Below are positions 38,273-47,374 of a stretch of 64,000 bases of DNA, in pieces. Below the pieces are notes generated by a model that did no database searches, was not told where the DNA came from, and saw only the letters and a program-made list of their open reading frames with translations. Numbering within the stretch: the first letter of the stretch is position 1; each line of letters opens with the position of its first letter. The position numbers and the translations under genes were made by a program. The stretch is taken from assembly GCA_022729235.1 (NCBI GenBank), contig JALDAJ010000001.1, positions 352,001-416,000 on the forward strand, written 5' to 3'. The DNA is from Candidatus Nanohalarchaeota archaeon (GTDB taxonomy: Archaea; Nanohalarchaeota; Nanosalinia; Nanosalinales; Nanosalinaceae).

Positions 38273-39334
38273 TTATCTATCGATGTCCCTATACACTTCT
38301 AGATACTCATCAGTTACACTTTCAGGATTGTAACTCTTGAGCTCCTTATTCTGATTTCTAATAACTCTACCTCTATCCAAATCCTTAATTCTGCTAGGCA
38401 CCTCCTCAACTTTACTTACCAACTGTTCATCGATCAAAGCATCTTTAGCTCCCCCTCTATTGGTCGCTATAATCGGTGTCTCCATCTGCATAGCCTCTAT
38501 CAAAGTCCTGTTGAATGGGTCAGACCACTGTCCCGGATGTATGAATATGTTCGCTCTTTCGTAGTATTGTGGGAGATCGCTATGATCTACGAAACCTTCA
38601 AAATTAACTCTACCTCCCAATTCCAGTTTCCTGACTTTCTGTTCCAGGTTTTTCATTCGCGGACCGTCCCCGACTACCCTAAGATGAAATTGTTCTGGTA
38701 CCTCTGTCATCTGTTCGATTAATTCTCCAACTCCCTTGTGTTTTCGTAAAGTTCCTACATAGAGCAGTTCATTTTCATCTGTCTCTACACTGTTGGATTC
38801 TGGAAACCCGGGGTCATACATGTTCGGGATGACCTCTATATCTGTCCGAAAGCAGTCACCGTAGAACTCTTTGACATCCGTTGAAAGAGTTGTTAGAGCA
38901 TTCATTCGGTCTATCGCCCTCCTGCAGAAGTAGTTGTAGGCTCTTCTGTAGGGAGGTAGTGCAGGATTTCTATCCTTACCTGGTACCTGTCTCGGGTAGT
39001 CATACAGGTAGTTATTGATAGTCGCGACCGTCGGCGTATTCCTAAGCATCCCTACCGATGGGTCGAAAACTCTGTTGTAGCTGTGAATCACGTCTTTGTC
39101 TTCCGCAAACTCTTTGATTCTCCTGTATGTGAGGAGCTGGAGGAGGTCGTTCCTCTCGCTCGGTAAATCCTCTCTTATCACGTATTCAGGGTCTCCTGGC
39201 TGCTCCTCCATAAAGCTCAGTACCTCGACCTCATGCCCTCTATCGCGGAGATTCTCTACAAGTAGCTGTGCGCTCCTGGGACCTCCCTGTTTAGTTCCTG
39301 GTGGGTATGATCCTGTAACTAATCCTATCTTCAC
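38273..39334 (-). CDS. GT4 glycosyltransferase
   Basis: YVG..KHKG, VGDGP, EAM, TNRGG. Confidence 0.9.
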   Translation of the reverse strand: MKIGLVTGSYPPGTKQGGPRSAQLLVENLRDRGHEVEVLSFMEEQPGDPEYVIREDLPSERNDLLQLLTYRRIKEFAEDKDVIHSYNRVFDPSVGMLRNTPTVATINNYLYDYPRQVPGKDRNPALPPYRRAYNYFCRRAIDRMNALTTLSTDVKEFYGDCFRTDIEVIPNMYDPGFPESNSVETDENELLYVGTLRKHKGVGELIEQMTEVPEQFHLRVVGDGPRMKNLEQKVRKLELGGRVNFEGFVDHSDLPQYYERANIFIHPGQWSDPFNRTLIEAMQMETPIIATNRGGAKDALIDEQLVSKVEEVPSRIKDLDRGRVIRNQNKELKSYNPESVTDEYLEVYRDIDR

Positions 39335-40368
39335 TCCCTTATTGCCTCCTTCAGCCGAGAATAGTGGTCTTGGTTTAGTTCTTCTATCGATAAAGGTTCT
39401 GGTATTTCATCGGATATCGGCACATGTAACTCATCCGGTATTACTTCTGCAGCGCCAATAGTTTCTTGCATAAAGCAAGGTGTTCCTGCAGACATCATCT
39501 CTAGAGGTACTAATCCGAATGTTTCGTGTTCAGAAGTGTAGATTCCAAACTTTGCATTTGAGATAAACTCATCAAGCTCATCATCTGGAATAAAACCTAA
39601 TATCTCTAGCTGTACACCATTGTCTTCCGCCAGTTCTTCAAGCTCTCGCTTATATTCTTCATCTTTGATAGTTCCAGCCATTCTGAGTTTCTCTTCTCTT
39701 CCCTGCATCTCTTCTATAGCCTTCTCTAGATTCTTGTTCCTAGCAACTCTTGAGAGAACAGCGACATACTCTTCTGTTTTTTCCGTCTTTTCAATATGTC
39801 TAATAGGAGGATGTAAAACCTCCAGTTTGTCGGATTTTCCTAGGTCTGGGATAACTCTTTCTTTCATTGTCAGTTCCGAGTTTACGAAAATCCTATCCAT
39901 ATTTTCAAATGCCCTTCTCTCCAACCTTCTCAAAATAAATCCCAAAGTCCAAGAAATAGTTCTGACAGGTATAGCCATATCATAGCCTCTGTATAGCAAA
40001 TCACTGGTGTTATGCATGTACCAGATTACCTTAGTCCCATATTTTTTCTTGGCTCTGTACGCTAGTATCTCCGTAAGATCCTGATGACATATTACTACTT
40101 CATACTCTTCCAGGAATGACGGGTCCGCAAAAGCCGGTGCAATAGTGTTGAACGTTGTAGAAAAAGCAGTATCGAGCGCCAGACTTCGACCGTATTCGTA
40201 TATATCAATCTCTCCAGCTATCTCTGGGAACACATCTTCATCATATCTTAAGCACCATAAATCAGCATCAAGTTCTCTAGCATGCATCATACTTACTATC
40301 TCAGCACCATTTGGCCGTATGATATCGTTCTGCAATATAGCAATATCTAGGTCTTCAAAATCCTCCAT
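39331..40368 (-). CDS. GT4 glycosyltransferase
   Basis: GAE, VNS, ETFGLVPLEMM; ATG 40368 overlaps the upstream stop (TAATG). Confidence 0.88.
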   Translation of the reverse strand: MEDFEDLDIAILQNDIIRPNGAEIVSMMHARELDADLWCLRYDEDVFPEIAGEIDIYEYGRSLALDTAFSTTFNTIAPAFADPSFLEEYEVVICHQDLTEILAYRAKKKYGTKVIWYMHNTSDLLYRGYDMAIPVRTISWTLGFILRRLERRAFENMDRIFVNSELTMKERVIPDLGKSDKLEVLHPPIRHIEKTEKTEEYVAVLSRVARNKNLEKAIEEMQGREEKLRMAGTIKDEEYKRELEELAEDNGVQLEILGFIPDDELDEFISNAKFGIYTSEHETFGLVPLEMMSAGTPCFMQETIGAAEVIPDELHVPISDEIPEPLSIEELNQDHYSRLKEAIRE

Positions 40369-41201
40369 TATTCGATTACCTCCCAAGGCACCTTTCTAAG
40401 CGGCTTTAAATCCATTCCATCAGGATGACCGTATAATCCTTTTTCTCCTACCAAGTTCCCGTGATCCGAAGTTATCACGGTTTTGCCATCAAATTCCTCT
40501 GCGATTTTCTGTGCATAAGGCAGTACTTTTTCTAGATTTCTTCTATACCCTTGCCATACTTTCTCTTTCTCTAGCTCTCCTCGTTCAGCCAAATCCCAGA
40601 CTGAAAGGCTTGAGTCTCCTAGCCATCCTTCGCTATCGCTGAATCCGTCGCCATATTCAAAGTCTAAAAAGGGGTAATGAGGCTGTATAAAATGGATTAT
40701 CAGTCTTTTATCCGGGAAAAGTTTCTTTGCTGTTTCTGCTCTTTCAAAAACGTCTTCGGGAAGTACAGTTCCTTCTTCGTCATCCCAGGCTTCATTGAAA
40801 ACATCGAATTTTGCCTCGAATAAGTCGCTCTTGCCTACAAGTTTTTCTAGGAAAGTGTCCGAGAAAAAGGGATTTGCGGAAACGTAGATGATATCATCGA
40901 ACTCACCTTCGGAAAAAGTTCGTTCGATATATTCTGAAGTTGTACTTCCCAGACTTAATCTAGAGGAAGTATCCTCTCCCCTGGCCTCTTCGTATAGGTC
41001 GTGGCGGCATGCATCCAAGATAATCAAGTTATCCCACTCACCAGCCTCAAAAATCGATTCGGGCTCACTATCAATTTTCTCAATACCTCTAGAAGCCAAC
41101 GATTTAAGCAGAATAAGCAAACGGTGTGAACCTCTTACATCCTTAATCCTGGGAAAAACTCTCTCTTTGTAGTTCAGGTAGAAAGATTTAGCTAAAGCCA
41201 T
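40368..41201 (-). CDS. AlkP/sulfatase-core protein
   Basis: WDNLIILDACRHD, SANP, HFIQPHYPF, TSDHGN, HP, VPW. Confidence 0.85.
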   Translation of the reverse strand: MALAKSFYLNYKERVFPRIKDVRGSHRLLILLKSLASRGIEKIDSEPESIFEAGEWDNLIILDACRHDLYEEARGEDTSSRLSLGSTTSEYIERTFSEGEFDDIIYVSANPFFSDTFLEKLVGKSDLFEAKFDVFNEAWDDEEGTVLPEDVFERAETAKKLFPDKRLIIHFIQPHYPFLDFEYGDGFSDSEGWLGDSSLSVWDLAERGELEKEKVWQGYRRNLEKVLPYAQKIAEEFDGKTVITSDHGNLVGEKGLYGHPDGMDLKPLRKVPWEVIE

Positions 41202-41244
41202 AGAAAATAGAGTTTATTTAATCTTGATAAGTGTTTGAATAATC

Positions 41245-42153
41245 ATGGCGGATTTAGAAATAGCTATAGTAACGATGAATCGCCCTGATGTCCTTCGAGA
41301 GACTTTAAATCACCTGAAAAACAGGGATATTGTTAATCAAGTCTTCATAGTTGACGGGTCTGACAGTGATGAGACTAAAGAGTTATGTTCAGAATATTCC
41401 GTTGAATACTACCGCCAAGAGTCTTCCGGCATGACCTCGGCGCGGAACGAGGCGCTGGAACACTGCGATTCCGAGTACATCGTTTTCATCGACGACGATG
41501 TGAGAGTCTCCGAGACCTGGCTTGAGTCTATAGAGGATGCTTTCAAAGATGAAGGTGTTGTCGGTGTCACAGGTAAGCTGGAGAATGATGGAACTGATCT
41601 AGATGGATTCGCGAAGAAGGTCCGTGACTTTCTTTTTGGCGGCAGAGATAGTTTCGGTGAGATAAAGGATAACAGTGTTATAAACGGTGATTTCTTCTAC
41701 GATGAGAGAAAGGAGGTTGATCACATGCCAGGATGCAACATGGCGTATCATGTCCCGACTCTAAAAGAGGCTGGTGGTTTCGATGAGAATATTGACGTCG
41801 GTAACTCTTATCGGGAAGATACTATCGCCTCCTACCGCGTCTCACAGAGAGGTAAAATCGTCTATGATCCGGATGCCTCTGTGAACCACCTGGCAGTTGA
41901 CGAGGAAGGTGATGAGAAGAAGTGGATGTTCTACAATCCGTACCTGACTAAGTACTTCCTAGCACAGAACGGTATTGTTAACGGGTTAAAGGGGAGGCTG
42001 AGTTACTTTGTCAACAAAATAGCGCGGCACACCTACTTCTTTGGGCGCAGCATCGCCAACCAGAATCTGATGTACCGTTACTATCTCTATGGCGAGTTGA
42101 TGTCGTTCAAAGACTTCGTATTGTTCGACAGGAAGCCTAGAGAGTACGTCTAG
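41245..42153 (+). CDS. GT2 glycosyltransferase
   Basis: ARN, FIDDD, GCNM, GGFDE, RED. Confidence 0.9.
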   Translation: MADLEIAIVTMNRPDVLRETLNHLKNRDIVNQVFIVDGSDSDETKELCSEYSVEYYRQESSGMTSARNEALEHCDSEYIVFIDDDVRVSETWLESIEDAFKDEGVVGVTGKLENDGTDLDGFAKKVRDFLFGGRDSFGEIKDNSVINGDFFYDERKEVDHMPGCNMAYHVPTLKEAGGFDENIDVGNSYREDTIASYRVSQRGKIVYDPDASVNHLAVDEEGDEKKWMFYNPYLTKYFLAQNGIVNGLKGRLSYFVNKIARHTYFFGRSIANQNLMYRYYLYGELMSFKDFVLFDRKPREYV

Positions 42154-43103
42154 AACCAGAGTTTCTGCCTGAAGTATCCGAGTGTAAAGGCTATGGACTC
42201 GAACGGTATCATCACCAGCCAATAGGGAACTGTTCTCAGTCCTCTCTGCCTTATACTTGACTTTAGAGAGCCCGTTTTGCTGGCGTACTGTGGTCCGAAA
42301 CCCGCCATAGCCAGTAAAACCAGCCAAGGTGATATCAGGGCTCCGAATAGCCCTAATCCTCCGATTACTGTGGTGGTAAGCCGGAGCACGGTCTTGGAGA
42401 TGCCGAAGACTTTCTCCGGGTACTCGGTCTGTGACTGGGCGTCTCCTTCCCCGTAGCGGTAGAACTGTTTGAAGTAACTCTTCCAGGAAGAACGCATGTC
42501 CCAGTAGACTACTGCGTCATCGACGACCTGCCACTCGTAGCCCGCTTCTCTTACGTTGGTGTTGAACTCAGAGTCCTCACCTGTGTAGAGGTATTCTGGA
42601 TACTTACCCGCGTCCGCCCATACCTGCCTGGTGAACCCGGCGGACCGGGAGCTAGGTGTGTGGTTGTTGGGAATGTTCTCTGGTTTCAGATGATGTCCTC
42701 GTATCTCTCCCTGCACGAACTCGAATAGGGTATCTGCTTTGGGACGCCATATACCAGTCAGTGCATCATAGCCCTCCTCGAAAGCCTCTAGCATCGACTC
42801 GATCCATTCCTCGTCAAGCACACAGCCGCCGTCGGTGCTGATTATGTAGTCGTGTGATGCGTTCTCGATCGCCGTGTTCCTACCCTCAGCGATGTTGCAT
42901 CCTTCCTCAACAACCAGGTTAATCCAGCCGTGCTTCTCTGCGTACTCTTCAATTATCTCCCGAGTACCATCCTCCGAACCGCCGTCAACTAATATAGCTT
43001 CATCAGGCTGTCGAGTCTGGTCAATTACCGAATCCAGTAGTTCTCTTATTGACTTGCCCTCGTTGTATACCGTGCAGATTAGCGATACCTTAACTTCCGA
43101 CAA
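42150..43103 (-). CDS. GT2 glycosyltransferase with C-terminal TMs
   Basis: TVYNE, DGGSEDGT, GRN, TDGGC, GED. Confidence 0.9.
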   Translation of the reverse strand: MSEVKVSLICTVYNEGKSIRELLDSVIDQTRQPDEAILVDGGSEDGTREIIEEYAEKHGWINLVVEEGCNIAEGRNTAIENASHDYIISTDGGCVLDEEWIESMLEAFEEGYDALTGIWRPKADTLFEFVQGEIRGHHLKPENIPNNHTPSSRSAGFTRQVWADAGKYPEYLYTGEDSEFNTNVREAGYEWQVVDDAVVYWDMRSSWKSYFKQFYRYGEGDAQSQTEYPEKVFGISKTVLRLTTTVIGGLGLFGALISPWLVLLAMAGFGPQYASKTGSLKSSIRQRGLRTVPYWLVMIPFESIAFTLGYFRQKLWF

Positions 43104-44214
43104 GTTCGTTCACCTCCTGGTCAAACTTCTTGACAAAACTGTTCCAGGTGAACTTCTTGGCTCTCTCATGAGATTTCCTAGAGAACGTATCGTATAGTTC
43201 ATCCTCCTTCAGGAGCTGGATGACATTATCTGGCATTTCGGAGACATTACAGAGGTAACCTGTTTCTCCATCAACAACCTGTTCTTTAGGTCCTCCTTCA
43301 TTAAGCGACACAACCGGTTTACCGTAGGACATCGCTTCTACAGGTATAAGCCCCCAGTCCTCCTTCCTTCCGAGGAACAATACTGTATGGGAATATCTGT
43401 ATAGCTCTTCCATTCTCTCATCGGACACGTTCTCTTCAAGACTCAGCCAATCCTTCTCCCCGGCTTCTTCACGGACTTCTTGAACATAATCTGTTTCCTT
43501 ATCAACCGCACCCGCCAGCTTCAGATCCATGTCAAATCCTTTGTCGCGTACCTCCTCGACGACTTCTACCGCTTCGAGTTGCTGCTTCGTCCTGTTTATC
43601 CGTCCGGGGTAGAACAGGTAGTCTCCTTTTTCTGCTCTCCCCTGCATCTCGATACCAGGATGAATCACGCCTACGCCCTCTTCATCCTTCAGCCCTGAAT
43701 CAACTATCCTCTCTCTCGTGTAATCGCTGTTCGCGTACACCCTGTCGAGGCGCCGCCACACCAGTCTTTCAACCATCGAGAATCCCCATATCAATGTCTT
43801 GTAAACCTGCCTCTCAAGAAATGATTTCTCCTCCACAACTGATTCAGGATCATAGGTCGCACGCAGGCTGTGACAGTAGCCGAGGTTGTAGTCTGCCGAG
43901 TTTCTTGTAAGTATTAATTCACCGATATCTCCCACAGAAGTCATCAGGACGTCAAAACCTTCAAGATCGATTTTTTCCTTCATCTCGGCGAACGCATACC
44001 TCAGACCACGCGTCAACTGCCCTTCAACACCTAAATCGCTGAGCACGTTAATCCTGTCCTCGTACACCTCCAGCTCCTCGAAAGTATTATCTAGATTAAA
44101 GTGGTGCGTGAACACTTCTATCTCATGCTCGCTCCTCTTCAGGAGCTCCAGAATAACTTTCTCCCCACCTCCTTTCAGGTGGATCCAGGGATGGTATATA
44201 GCGATTTTAGCCAT
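43090..44214 (-). CDS. GT4 glycosyltransferase (ALG2-like)
   Basis: HPW..GGGE, YCH, ANS, EDWGLIPVEAM, GGPKE. Confidence 0.9.
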   Translation of the reverse strand: MAKIAIYHPWIHLKGGGEKVILELLKRSEHEIEVFTHHFNLDNTFEELEVYEDRINVLSDLGVEGQLTRGLRYAFAEMKEKIDLEGFDVLMTSVGDIGELILTRNSADYNLGYCHSLRATYDPESVVEEKSFLERQVYKTLIWGFSMVERLVWRRLDRVYANSDYTRERIVDSGLKDEEGVGVIHPGIEMQGRAEKGDYLFYPGRINRTKQQLEAVEVVEEVRDKGFDMDLKLAGAVDKETDYVQEVREEAGEKDWLSLEENVSDERMEELYRYSHTVLFLGRKEDWGLIPVEAMSYGKPVVSLNEGGPKEQVVDGETGYLCNVSEMPDNVIQLLKEDELYDTFSRKSHERAKKFTWNSFVKKFDQEVNELVGS

Positions 44215-45331
44215 CGGCTACCTCATCTACTTTTTGGTCAAATCTTTCGATAAAGCTTTGCCAGCTGAAATCTTTTGACCTGTCCCTAGCCTTTTCTCCC
44301 ATGGTCCTGACCTGTTCTCTATCGCTCGCTATAGCCTCTATCTTCCTGGCGATTTCCTCAGCACCTGTACCAACCAAAAACCCTGTTTCTCCGTCGATTA
44401 TCTGTTCCCGTGGACCTCCTTCATCTACAGATATTACTGGTTTCCTGTGCGCCATCGCCTCTAGGGGTACGATTCCCCAGTCCTCGTTCTCTGCGAGGAA
44501 CAGTACCGAGTAGCAGTTCTGGTAAAGTTCTTCCCACCTCTCAGCGGGCACGTCCGTCTCAATTCTGACGTTTTCGCCGGCGCGCGACTTTATCTTCTTG
44601 ACATAGTCCTTGTCCGCTGAGGAGCCTGCGATAACCAGCTCAAAACCATCAGTATCCGCCTCCTCGAAAGCCTCAATAGCAAGCTCCATCCGTTTATACG
44701 GCTCGAACCTGCTCGGGTAGAAAAAGTAGTTCCCATATTTCCCGCTTTCTGTACCGTCAACATCGACTCCAGGGTTCAAGACCTCGATTTTATCCTCCGA
44801 GGTTATACCCTTATCCAGTATTCTACTCTTCGTCAGCGCGCTGTTCGCAAAAACGAAATCAAAGTTCCGCCATCCTGCACTCTCCAAGATATTGTAGCTG
44901 GAAATCATTACCGGGTAGAACGGTCTCAAAAGAGAGTGAAAACCGTTCCTGTATGTCTCCCTGAACTCGGGTAGAGCCGCCCTCAGCGGTGTGTGGCAGT
45001 AAGCGATTGTCGGCAAGTCATTATTACGTACAGTTATCGGAGATCCGAAACCAGCTTCCGAAACAACCAGTGCATCGAACTCCTCCAGATCAAGTTTCTT
45101 GAACGCCGGCTTCAGCCCGAAGTTGAGCGCCTGGGAGAAGAAAGAATCTGGGTTATCCTCACCCCCGACCTCTCTCACGTCGATATCCTGGAAACTGTCG
45201 AAGGTGCTCTCCTCGTCATAGAGGAGTGTCAATATAGTAACGTCGTGGGAAGAACGCTCAGCTATCTCTCTAACAACCTTCTCAGAACCACCTCGCTCCT
45301 TCAGGTAGGGTTGGTAAACAGCTAGTTTCAC
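44207..45331 (-). CDS. GT4 glycosyltransferase (ALG2-like), paralogue of the adjacent gene
   Basis: GGSE, YCHTP, SRFEPYK, EDWGIVPLEAM, GGPRE. Confidence 0.9.
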   Translation of the reverse strand: MKLAVYQPYLKERGGSEKVVREIAERSSHDVTILTLLYDEESTFDSFQDIDVREVGGEDNPDSFFSQALNFGLKPAFKKLDLEEFDALVVSEAGFGSPITVRNNDLPTIAYCHTPLRAALPEFRETYRNGFHSLLRPFYPVMISSYNILESAGWRNFDFVFANSALTKSRILDKGITSEDKIEVLNPGVDVDGTESGKYGNYFFYPSRFEPYKRMELAIEAFEEADTDGFELVIAGSSADKDYVKKIKSRAGENVRIETDVPAERWEELYQNCYSVLFLAENEDWGIVPLEAMAHRKPVISVDEGGPREQIIDGETGFLVGTGAEEIARKIEAIASDREQVRTMGEKARDRSKDFSWQSFIERFDQKVDEVADG

Positions 45332-45432
45332 ACTTTAATTATAATTGAGAAACTTATTATTGACAGTATAACGCTGTTATACAAGTATATTTGGCACTAA
45401 AAACATAAATAACCGCAATATAGTCTCTCTTA

Positions 45433-45540
45433 ATGAGAATAACTCATGACGCTATATCGGAAATTGATGAACTTAAAATAGCAGCTAATAAAGCAAAGGA
45501 AGAGGGCAGAAAAACCATAAGATTAGAAGATCTAACTTAA
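45433..45540 (+). CDS. Histone-fold-like micro-ORF or histone pseudogene (35 aa)
   Basis: Manual: MRITHDAISEIDELKIAANKAKEEGRKTIRLEDLT; archaeal histone signatures R-I-T-x-D-A and GRKTIxxED. Confidence 0.55.
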   Translation: MRITHDAISEIDELKIAANKAKEEGRKTIRLEDLT

Positions 45541-45552
45541 CCACTACTATTA

Positions 45553-45708
45553 TCAGACAACTGACCTGAGTATCTGGAAAATCAACTGCAGTATGGACCG
45601 GAAGATCTGGAAAAACGCTATTATAGTTCCTGCCACGAAGTTCGCCATAGTTTTATGGAGTTCGCTGGGTGCATACTCTGAATCAGAATTTCCGGTGTGA
45701 TCACTCAC
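45553..45708 (-). CDS. Small amphipathic/hydrophobic peptide (51 aa)
   Basis: Manual: (V/M)SDHTGNSDSEYAPSELHKTMANFVAGTIIAFFQIFRSILQLIFQILRSVV; TTTTAAA about 25 nt upstream. Confidence 0.45.
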   Translation of the reverse strand: MSDHTGNSDSEYAPSELHKTMANFVAGTIIAFFQIFRSILQLIFQILRSVV

Positions 45709-45787
45709 TGAAAGTTGATGAATAAATGATGTTTAAAACAGGTTGTGTTACTACAATCATGACAGAATCAAATTCACTAAGTTCAAG

Positions 45788-46080
45788 TTGTTCGAACAAT
45801 CTCCACTTGAAATAAGGGGGTTCTAGTACTATGATTTCTCAGCTCCAGGTGAAACATAGGTGTAAAACTGTAATACTGGAGGCTGGTTGCTGATTTCGTA
45901 ATCAACATAACCAACACCCCTACTGTTTCGGGTGGAAGTGTCTGGCGGCGGTAAGAAGTTACGGTATAACACCTCTATAATATATAACAGTGTTATACTA
46001 TTCAGGTTGTTGTATACAGTGTTTCCATATGAAATCAAGGGGTGGGGGTCCCGGCAACCCCTACTTCATCTGGAGAACTC
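45788..46080. other. oriC: Replication origin oriC with ORB elements and an AT-rich segment
   Basis: ORB-like TCCAnnnGAA..G-string at 45801(+), 45843(+), 45914-45938(-), 46023(+), 46057-46075(-); AT-rich 45960-46020; directly upstream of cdc6. Confidence 0.9.
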
Positions 46081-46121
46081 ATTTAAACCTTGGTTTCGAC
46101 TAGAGTTTACACGGCGATAAC

Positions 46122-47360
46122 ATGGATAGAAATGAGGGCGGGGGCGAGGTTTCAGTAGCGGATAGCGAACTGAAATCCAGGTTCTCCAATTACATCAATA
46201 AAGACACAGTTTTCAGGAATAAGGAGGCGCTCACTACTAACTGGAAACCAGAGACTATTCTACACCGAGACCAACAGGTCAATAACCTTGCGTCGATTCT
46301 GGCGCCAGCTCTCAAAAGAGATGATCCTAGTAATGTCTTCATCTACGGTAGCGTAGGGACGGGAAAGACATGTGTAACCAAACACGTTACAGAAGAGCTG
46401 AGGGCTGTAGCCCATGAGGAAGAGGTAGACCTCAATATTGTTTATATAAACTGTAAGATGAAGAAGGTAGCTGATACAGAGTACCGTCTGTTAGCGAAGC
46501 TTACCCGTCAGCTGGGTGAGGAAGTCCCTTCTACCGGCCTCCCTACGGATGAGGTTTACAACCGTTTCTTCGAGGCGCTGGAGAGCCAGGAGGGTGTAGT
46601 CATCATAGCTCTGGATGAGATAGACGCGCTGGTGAAGAAGGTTGGTGACGAGTTCCTGTACAATCTTACTAGAATAAACGATGACCTGAACGACACAAAA
46701 GTTTCTATAATAGGTATCTCCAACGACCTCAACTTTACCGAGTATATGGATTCTCGCGTCAAATCCTCTCTTTCAGAAGAAGAGATAATATTCCCTCCTT
46801 ACAACGCCCTGGAACTCCGGGAGATCCTGGATTCAAGGGCGGGGAAAGGGTTCGCGGACGAAGTTCTTGAGGACGGGGTTATATCCAAATGTTCTGCTTT
46901 AGCCGCCCAGGAACATGGTGATGCCCGGAGGGCGCTAGACCTTATACGTGTCGCGGGCGAGCTCGCGGAACGTGAGGGAGAAGAGCGAGTTGCCCGGTCT
47001 CACGTGGACAGGGCGCAGGATAAGATAGAGAAGGACCGTGTGGTTGAAACAGTCAGGGATCAACCAAAACACTCTAAACTCGTCTTATACACTATACTTG
47101 AGATGGCTGATGAGGATGATGAGGTCGCGACCGGGGATGTCTATTCTGAATACAAGGAGCTCTGCACCCAGGTCGATGTTTCTGAACTCACCCAGAGACG
47201 TGTTTCGGGTCTTATATCTGAGCTGGATATGTTAGGGGTTATCAATGCGAGAGTTATATCAAAAGGACGGTACGGTAGAACAAGGCAGATAAGTGTTGAC
47301 CTGTCACAGGATATTAGGACACAGCTACGTGAAATGGTCGAAGACAAGTTTTACATTTAA
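46122..47360 (+). CDS. cdc6: Orc1/Cdc6 replication initiator
   Basis: GSVGTGKT, LDEID, HGDARRALD, GRYGRT. Confidence 0.97.
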   Translation: MDRNEGGGEVSVADSELKSRFSNYINKDTVFRNKEALTTNWKPETILHRDQQVNNLASILAPALKRDDPSNVFIYGSVGTGKTCVTKHVTEELRAVAHEEEVDLNIVYINCKMKKVADTEYRLLAKLTRQLGEEVPSTGLPTDEVYNRFFEALESQEGVVIIALDEIDALVKKVGDEFLYNLTRINDDLNDTKVSIIGISNDLNFTEYMDSRVKSSLSEEEIIFPPYNALELREILDSRAGKGFADEVLEDGVISKCSALAAQEHGDARRALDLIRVAGELAEREGEERVARSHVDRAQDKIEKDRVVETVRDQPKHSKLVLYTILEMADEDDEVATGDVYSEYKELCTQVDVSELTQRRVSGLISELDMLGVINARVISKGRYGRTRQISVDLSQDIRTQLREMVEDKFYI

Positions 47361-47374
47361 GTTGGGGGAGGAAG

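Noticed and set aside
45829-46120. Short ORFs upstream of cdc6
   Set aside because: They coincide with ORBs and the AT-rich origin segment and have atypical composition
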